A DNA stretch of 64,000 nucleotides from Candidatus Omnitrophota bacterium (GTDB lineage Bacteria; Omnitrophota; Gorgyraeia; JAZDFF01), in the NCBI GenBank assembly GCA_043808095.1, contig JAZDFF010000042.1:137364-201363 (forward strand). The letters are read 5' to 3'. Shown here piece after piece: positions 59,850-64,000 of this stretch (position 1 is its first letter; every line of letters begins with the position of its first letter). The translations under genes and the position numbers were made by a program. The notes under the pieces were generated by a model. It did no database searches, had not been told where the DNA came from, and worked only from the letters and a program-made list of their open reading frames with translations.

Positions 59850-61255
59850 TTTTTACGCATCAACTTCTTTATTAAGCGAATAAGCATAAGAAAACTACCT
59901 AGAATACCACTCTTTCTTAACATGGGTATAATCCTCCAGGGGACAGAATATATCCTCAGAAACCCATCGTTTTGTAAGGCGATAAGGTCTTGAGCAGATA
60001 AATCGTTGACAGCCATTACCGCTGAGCCGTAACGACGGTATTTTGAGAAATCCTCGCTTAATAATCTTAGACCGTATTCTCCTTTTTTAGCCATCTCAAA
60101 AAGTTCAGTTCCAGGATAAGGCGTTGCGATACTAAAATTTGCCTGATGAACTTCACGGGCATTCTCTAGGTAAATAAGAGTTTTTTCTACTGACTTACGG
60201 GTTTCACAAGGTAAACCAATCATCACAGAATTCAGGGTTTCTATTTTGTATTTATTTGTAAGGCGGTTAGCGATGAGATAACTTTCCAAAGGAACATCTT
60301 TTTTTATGACCTTGCGGACTTGGGGGTCAGTTGTTTCAAGCCCAAACGAAAGCCTAATCAATCCAGTTTGTGCCATTGTTGAGATGAGTTCTTCGTCTAC
60401 AAGATTCGCACGGGTGCTACCCTCAAAGGTAATTGACAGTTTTTCTTTTTTCAACATAGAGCAAATTTTTAAAATGTGATCCCTGTCAAGAGTAAGGGTG
60501 TCATCAAGAAAGATAAAATGCCTGATATTAAATTCAGAAATTACTGATTTAATTTCATCAATAACCAATTGCACAGACCTCTTCCTTACGTGAGATCCAA
60601 AAACTTTAGTACTGCAAAATATACATTTAAAGGGACAGCCTCGCGTTGTCATAATAGTAGTAAAGTTCTTTCTGCCGTGTAAAGTTCCTATGCCATATTC
60701 GTGCGTCTTTAATAAGTGCCGCGCAGGAATGGGTAATGAATCAATAGCATCAATAGCATCAGGCATGCCAGTGAATATAATCTCGTTATCCCTCCTATAA
60801 AGAAGGCCTTTTATATTTGAAATGTCTTTTTTAGATGCATAGCAATCTAAAAATTTTGACCAAGATTCTTCTGCCTCTCCGATAAATCCATAATCAAAAG
60901 ATGGACTAAAAACTTTCTCTCTTAAGATGCTTATATGGGGCCCTCCGATAATTATAGGGATATCTCTATTATCCTGTTTAAGACTTCGAGCAAGTTCAGC
61001 AGCTATATGGTAAAAAGGTGTAGTTGCCGTTATTCCAATAATGTCTGGTTTAAAAACATGTGACTCTCGTATCATTTTATTAATAGAAATATTTTCAGCC
61101 TCTCCGTCGATAATTTTTACTCTATGACCTTTTTTCTCTGCAATCGCTGCCAGGTATGCCAAATTCAGAGGGGGCCATGTAGAAGCTTTCTTTGCAAAAT
61201 GAGAAAATATACCATATTCACTCGTCCATCTTGGAAACAATAACATAATATTCAT
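59846..61255 (-). CDS. B12-binding domain radical SAM enzyme (#9)
   Basis: WPPLNLAYL, GGPH, GEAE, RGCPFKCIFC, DDTL, GLE, TPYPGTEL; start placed at ATG 61255. Confidence 0.92.
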   Translation of the reverse strand: MNIMLLFPRWTSEYGIFSHFAKKASTWPPLNLAYLAAIAEKKGHRVKIIDGEAENISINKMIRESHVFKPDIIGITATTPFYHIAAELARSLKQDNRDIPIIIGGPHISILREKVFSPSFDYGFIGEAEESWSKFLDCYASKKDISNIKGLLYRRDNEIIFTGMPDAIDAIDSLPIPARHLLKTHEYGIGTLHGRKNFTTIMTTRGCPFKCIFCSTKVFGSHVRKRSVQLVIDEIKSVISEFNIRHFIFLDDTLTLDRDHILKICSMLKKEKLSITFEGSTRANLVDEELISTMAQTGLIRLSFGLETTDPQVRKVIKKDVPLESYLIANRLTNKYKIETLNSVMIGLPCETRKSVEKTLIYLENAREVHQANFSIATPYPGTELFEMAKKGEYGLRLLSEDFSKYRRYGSAVMAVNDLSAQDLIALQNDGFLRIYSVPWRIIPMLRKSGILGSFLMLIRLIKKLMRKK

Positions 61256-61409
61256 CTTATTTACCAGCTTTATCAATTCTTAAAAGGTATTTTCCCCTAT
61301 TCCGTATTTTTTTAGAATAGTACATCAATATGTCATATTAAATGCCGGGTTAAATTCTGCAAGTTAATGCTTTTTATTGACTATAGTCGGTATAGCGGTT
61401 AAAAAACAA

Positions 61410-62339
61410 TTAATGAACGGATGTTTTAAACCAGGCATAAGTCTTCACTATGCCTTCTCTTAAAGGAATTCTTGGCCTCCACCCTAACCTTTTTATCTTA
61501 TTGATGTCTAAAAGTTTCTGATGAGTACCATCGGGTTTTGACTTGTCGAATATTATCTCTCCTTTAAATCCAACGATGTCTTTTATAAGTAACGCCAATT
61601 CTTTAATTGAGATATCTTGCCCATAACCGACATTAATAATTTCTGAGTCATGATAGTTATCCATCAAGAAAAAGCATGCCCGGACCACATCATCTTTATA
61701 AAGGAATTCTCTTAGGGGTTTACCGCTCCCCCAAACGCTTACCTTTGTTTCTTTTTTAATTTTGGCTTCATGGAATTTTCGTATCAGAACGCTTATTACA
61801 TGAGAGGTCTTGAAGTCAAAATTATCATTTGGGCCAAAGACTGTTGCGGGAATTGCAGAAATGAATCTCGTTCCATACTGCTTATTGTATGCCTGACACA
61901 TTTTTATCCCGGCAATTTTAGCAATTGCGTAGGGTTCGTTGGTTATCTCTAATGGTCCTGTTAATAAATACTCTTCTTTCATAGGCTGGGGACATTCCGC
62001 AGGATAAACACAAGAACTAGCAAAAAAAAGGAGCTTTTTAACCTTAGTCTTATAAGCGGCATCGATAATATTTGTCTGAATTGCAAGATTTCTATAAATC
62101 AATTCTGCTGGATAAGCAATATTTGCCCCGATGCCGCCTTCCTTGATGGGTGTTAATACGCAGTAATCTGGCTTTTCCTTCTTAAAAAAAGAGTAAACTG
62201 ATTTCTGGTCAGTAAATTTCACTTCGGATTGATCGGCTAAAATTAAGTTAACAAAGCCCTCTTTTTTTAAATAACGCACTATGCCTGAGCCGACTAAATC
62301 TCTGTGGCCAAAAATAAATATCATGGATTTTCTATTCAT
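61410..62339 (-). CDS. fcl: GDP-L-fucose synthase / ColC-like epimerase-reductase
   Basis: GGIGAN..YPA, SSCVYP, LE.TNEPYAIAK, FGPNDNF, SHV, WGSGKPLREF, SKPDG. Confidence 0.88.
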   Translation of the reverse strand: MNRKSMIFIFGHRDLVGSGIVRYLKKEGFVNLILADQSEVKFTDQKSVYSFFKKEKPDYCVLTPIKEGGIGANIAYPAELIYRNLAIQTNIIDAAYKTKVKKLLFFASSCVYPAECPQPMKEEYLLTGPLEITNEPYAIAKIAGIKMCQAYNKQYGTRFISAIPATVFGPNDNFDFKTSHVISVLIRKFHEAKIKKETKVSVWGSGKPLREFLYKDDVVRACFFLMDNYHDSEIINVGYGQDISIKELALLIKDIVGFKGEIIFDKSKPDGTHQKLLDINKIKRLGWRPRIPLREGIVKTYAWFKTSVH

Positions 62340-62342
62340 AAC

Positions 62343-63542
62343 TTATTTCACTTTAGATAAAAAATCTCTTATTGTCTTGAGGACATAATCTAGTTCCTCT
62401 CTGCCTATATCTTGATGAATACCGATATGAAAACCATTATCACCCATGTACTCAGCATTTGGAAAATCACCTAATTTATAGCCTAAGAGTTTAAAACCTG
62501 GACACTGGGTGGGCATTGACAGAAATAGACTTCGCGTATCGATTCCTTTTTTTTCCAAGAAATAAACTAACTTATCTCGAGTAAATTTAGCCCCTTCGCC
62601 AATGATTATGGGCAGTGCGTGAGGCCCGATTTGTTCATCAGGACCTTCTTCAATAGTATAGAGACAAGACTTGAATTCTATAAATTTCTCTATCATATAT
62701 AAAAGATTTTTACGTCTTTTTCTAAGAATCTGGGGGTAGACCTCAATATTTCCCAGGCCGATAGCCGCCTCTAATTCATTCATCTTGCTGGAGAAACCGA
62801 TACGCTCGAAGATAAATCTTATATCCCTGTTTTCGCCATATTTAAATCTCTTATCGCAATAACCAGAAGCAGTGTTCAATACACAACTTTCGCATTTACA
62901 AGCCCTTCCGTGGGCTCTTAAAGATCTAAGGATTTCTGCAAAATCTCCTCTATCAGTAACCACCATTCCTCCCTCAATAGTAGTTATCATATGTGCTACA
63001 TACAGGCTAAAGGCTGCCATATCACCAAGGGTACCTATATTCCTACCCTTATAAAGAGACCCGTATGCCTCAGCTGCATCTTCAATGACAAACACTCTGC
63101 GTTTCTTAGCAATGCTGTTTATTGTATCCATATCAGCAGGTTTACCCATAAGGTGCACGGGCATTATTGCCTTTGTCCTTCTTGTTATAACTCGTTCAAT
63201 CTTATAAGGGTCGATATTCAAGGTTTTTCTGTCTATATCTACAAAGACGGGTTTAAAGCCTGCCTGCAAAACTGCATTGCCTGTTGCCACAAAAGATAAG
63301 GCCGGAACAATAATCTCATCCCCTCTTCTTGCACCAAAATCATAAAGCACCGCCAAGGCCAAGGCAACGGCATCTGTCCCGGAACTGACTGCAACCGCTT
63401 CTTTATTTCCTATTAGTTCAGCAAAGCGCTTTTCAAATTCTCTCACAAATTTACCGCTGGAAACCCTATTAGAGCGGAGTATCTCTTTAATAAGTTTCTT
63501 GGATTTATCAGTTATGGTAATGGTACCAAATGTAATTTTCAT
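62343..63542 (-). CDS. DegT-family PLP enzyme with His in place of the catalytic Lys (ColD/DdhC-RfbH-type 3-dehydratase)
   Basis: SSGTDA, VHLMG, EDAAEA, FSLYVAHMITTIEGG, HGRACKCESC...YCDKRF. Confidence 0.82.
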   Translation of the reverse strand: MKITFGTITITDKSKKLIKEILRSNRVSSGKFVREFEKRFAELIGNKEAVAVSSGTDAVALALAVLYDFGARRGDEIIVPALSFVATGNAVLQAGFKPVFVDIDRKTLNIDPYKIERVITRRTKAIMPVHLMGKPADMDTINSIAKKRRVFVIEDAAEAYGSLYKGRNIGTLGDMAAFSLYVAHMITTIEGGMVVTDRGDFAEILRSLRAHGRACKCESCVLNTASGYCDKRFKYGENRDIRFIFERIGFSSKMNELEAAIGLGNIEVYPQILRKRRKNLLYMIEKFIEFKSCLYTIEEGPDEQIGPHALPIIIGEGAKFTRDKLVYFLEKKGIDTRSLFLSMPTQCPGFKLLGYKLGDFPNAEYMGDNGFHIGIHQDIGREELDYVLKTIRDFLSKVK

Positions 63543-63549
63543 TATCTTT

Positions 63550-63999
63550 TTACCTTCTTTTTCTTTCAGAAATCCACTTTACTATAGTTTTAACTACACT
63601 TTTTGTATCTAAACAACATAATTCATGTAACCGTTCTCTGCCTCCGTATTCAAAATAATATCTGTCGCAAATGCCCAAACGTTTTAAGCGACAAGACTTC
63701 TCATTATCGCTCAAGACCTCGGCCATAATACTGCCGATACCGCCTATTACAAAATGTTCTTCCAGTGTTAGTATATTTTCATAATTATCCAATATTTCTA
63801 ATAGCAACTTTACATTAAGCGGCTTGATTCTATACAAATCAACTACACCTGCATCAATAGAATGTTTAGATAATTCATTTGCTATCTGGAGTGCTCGATA
63901 AACCATTACGCCAGTTGAAATTATACATAGATTACTTCCCTTCTTAAGATTGACCAAACCATTAGAAAAATTTATCTTTTTATTGCTATATAAAAGTGG
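63550..63999 (-). CDS. Transketolase C-terminal subunit (partial, 5' end outside the window)
   Basis: IISTG.MV..AL, VVDLYRIKPL, TLEEH..GGIGS, RLGI.D; frame open to the window edge (PLLYSNKKINFSNGLVNLKKG). Confidence 0.85.
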   Translation of the reverse strand, partial: PLLYSNKKINFSNGLVNLKKGSNLCIISTGVMVYRALQIANELSKHSIDAGVVDLYRIKPLNVKLLLEILDNYENILTLEEHFVIGGIGSIMAEVLSDNEKSCRLKRLGICDRYYFEYGGRERLHELCCLDTKSVVKTIVKWISERKRR

Positions 64000-64000
64000 C

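Noticed and set aside
179-63299. All plus-strand ORFs in the track (e.g. 51843-52556, 31863-32372, 890-1180)
   Set aside because: They lie antisense to well-supported minus-strand genes and show no recognisable motifs; shadow ORFs
1-64000. Poly-A/T runs as phase-variation tracts; CRISPR, IS, tRNA or rRNA
   Set aside because: Runs are short and expected at this AT content, with no associated frameshifts in the ORF track; no repeat-spacer arrays, transposase motifs or structural-RNA-sized GC-rich gaps seen

Overview
The whole 64-kb window is an internal slice of one very large, AT-rich surface-glycan (LPS/EPS/glycoprotein) biosynthesis and tailoring cluster. It holds about 54 tightly packed CDSs, all on the minus strand, with both ends running off the window. 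Gene content: three Wzx-type flippases, a WecA/MraY-family initiating transferase fused to a CapD-like N-terminal module, an O-antigen ligase-like protein, six GT4-type glycosyltransferases (one fused to DUF218/ElyC), three intact Dpm1-like GT2s plus one internally deleted copy, five GT-C-like polytopic membrane proteins, four class I methyltransferases and two SGNH proteins. It also has AsnB, a FemAB-like GNAT with a deacetylase, nonulosonic-acid genes (NeuB-GNAT fusion, SpsF/PseF-like), three DegT-family PLP enzymes (one with His replacing the catalytic Lys plus a Cys cluster), RmlD, Fcl and a transketolase C-terminal subunit. The most striking feature is nine intact B12-binding radical SAM genes, repeatedly placed beside GT-C and polyprenyl-phosphate GT2 genes. 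This suggests an uncharacterised cobalamin-dependent sugar-tailoring system. A rearranged segment at 21.4-23.7 kb holds a truncated MerR-like HTH remnant, a radical SAM gene that appears to start at ATT, and a gutted GT2. Gene content is reminiscent of Candidatus Omnitrophota or other anaerobic PVC-group bacteria, but that is inference only. No rRNA, tRNA, CRISPR array or IS element was seen.
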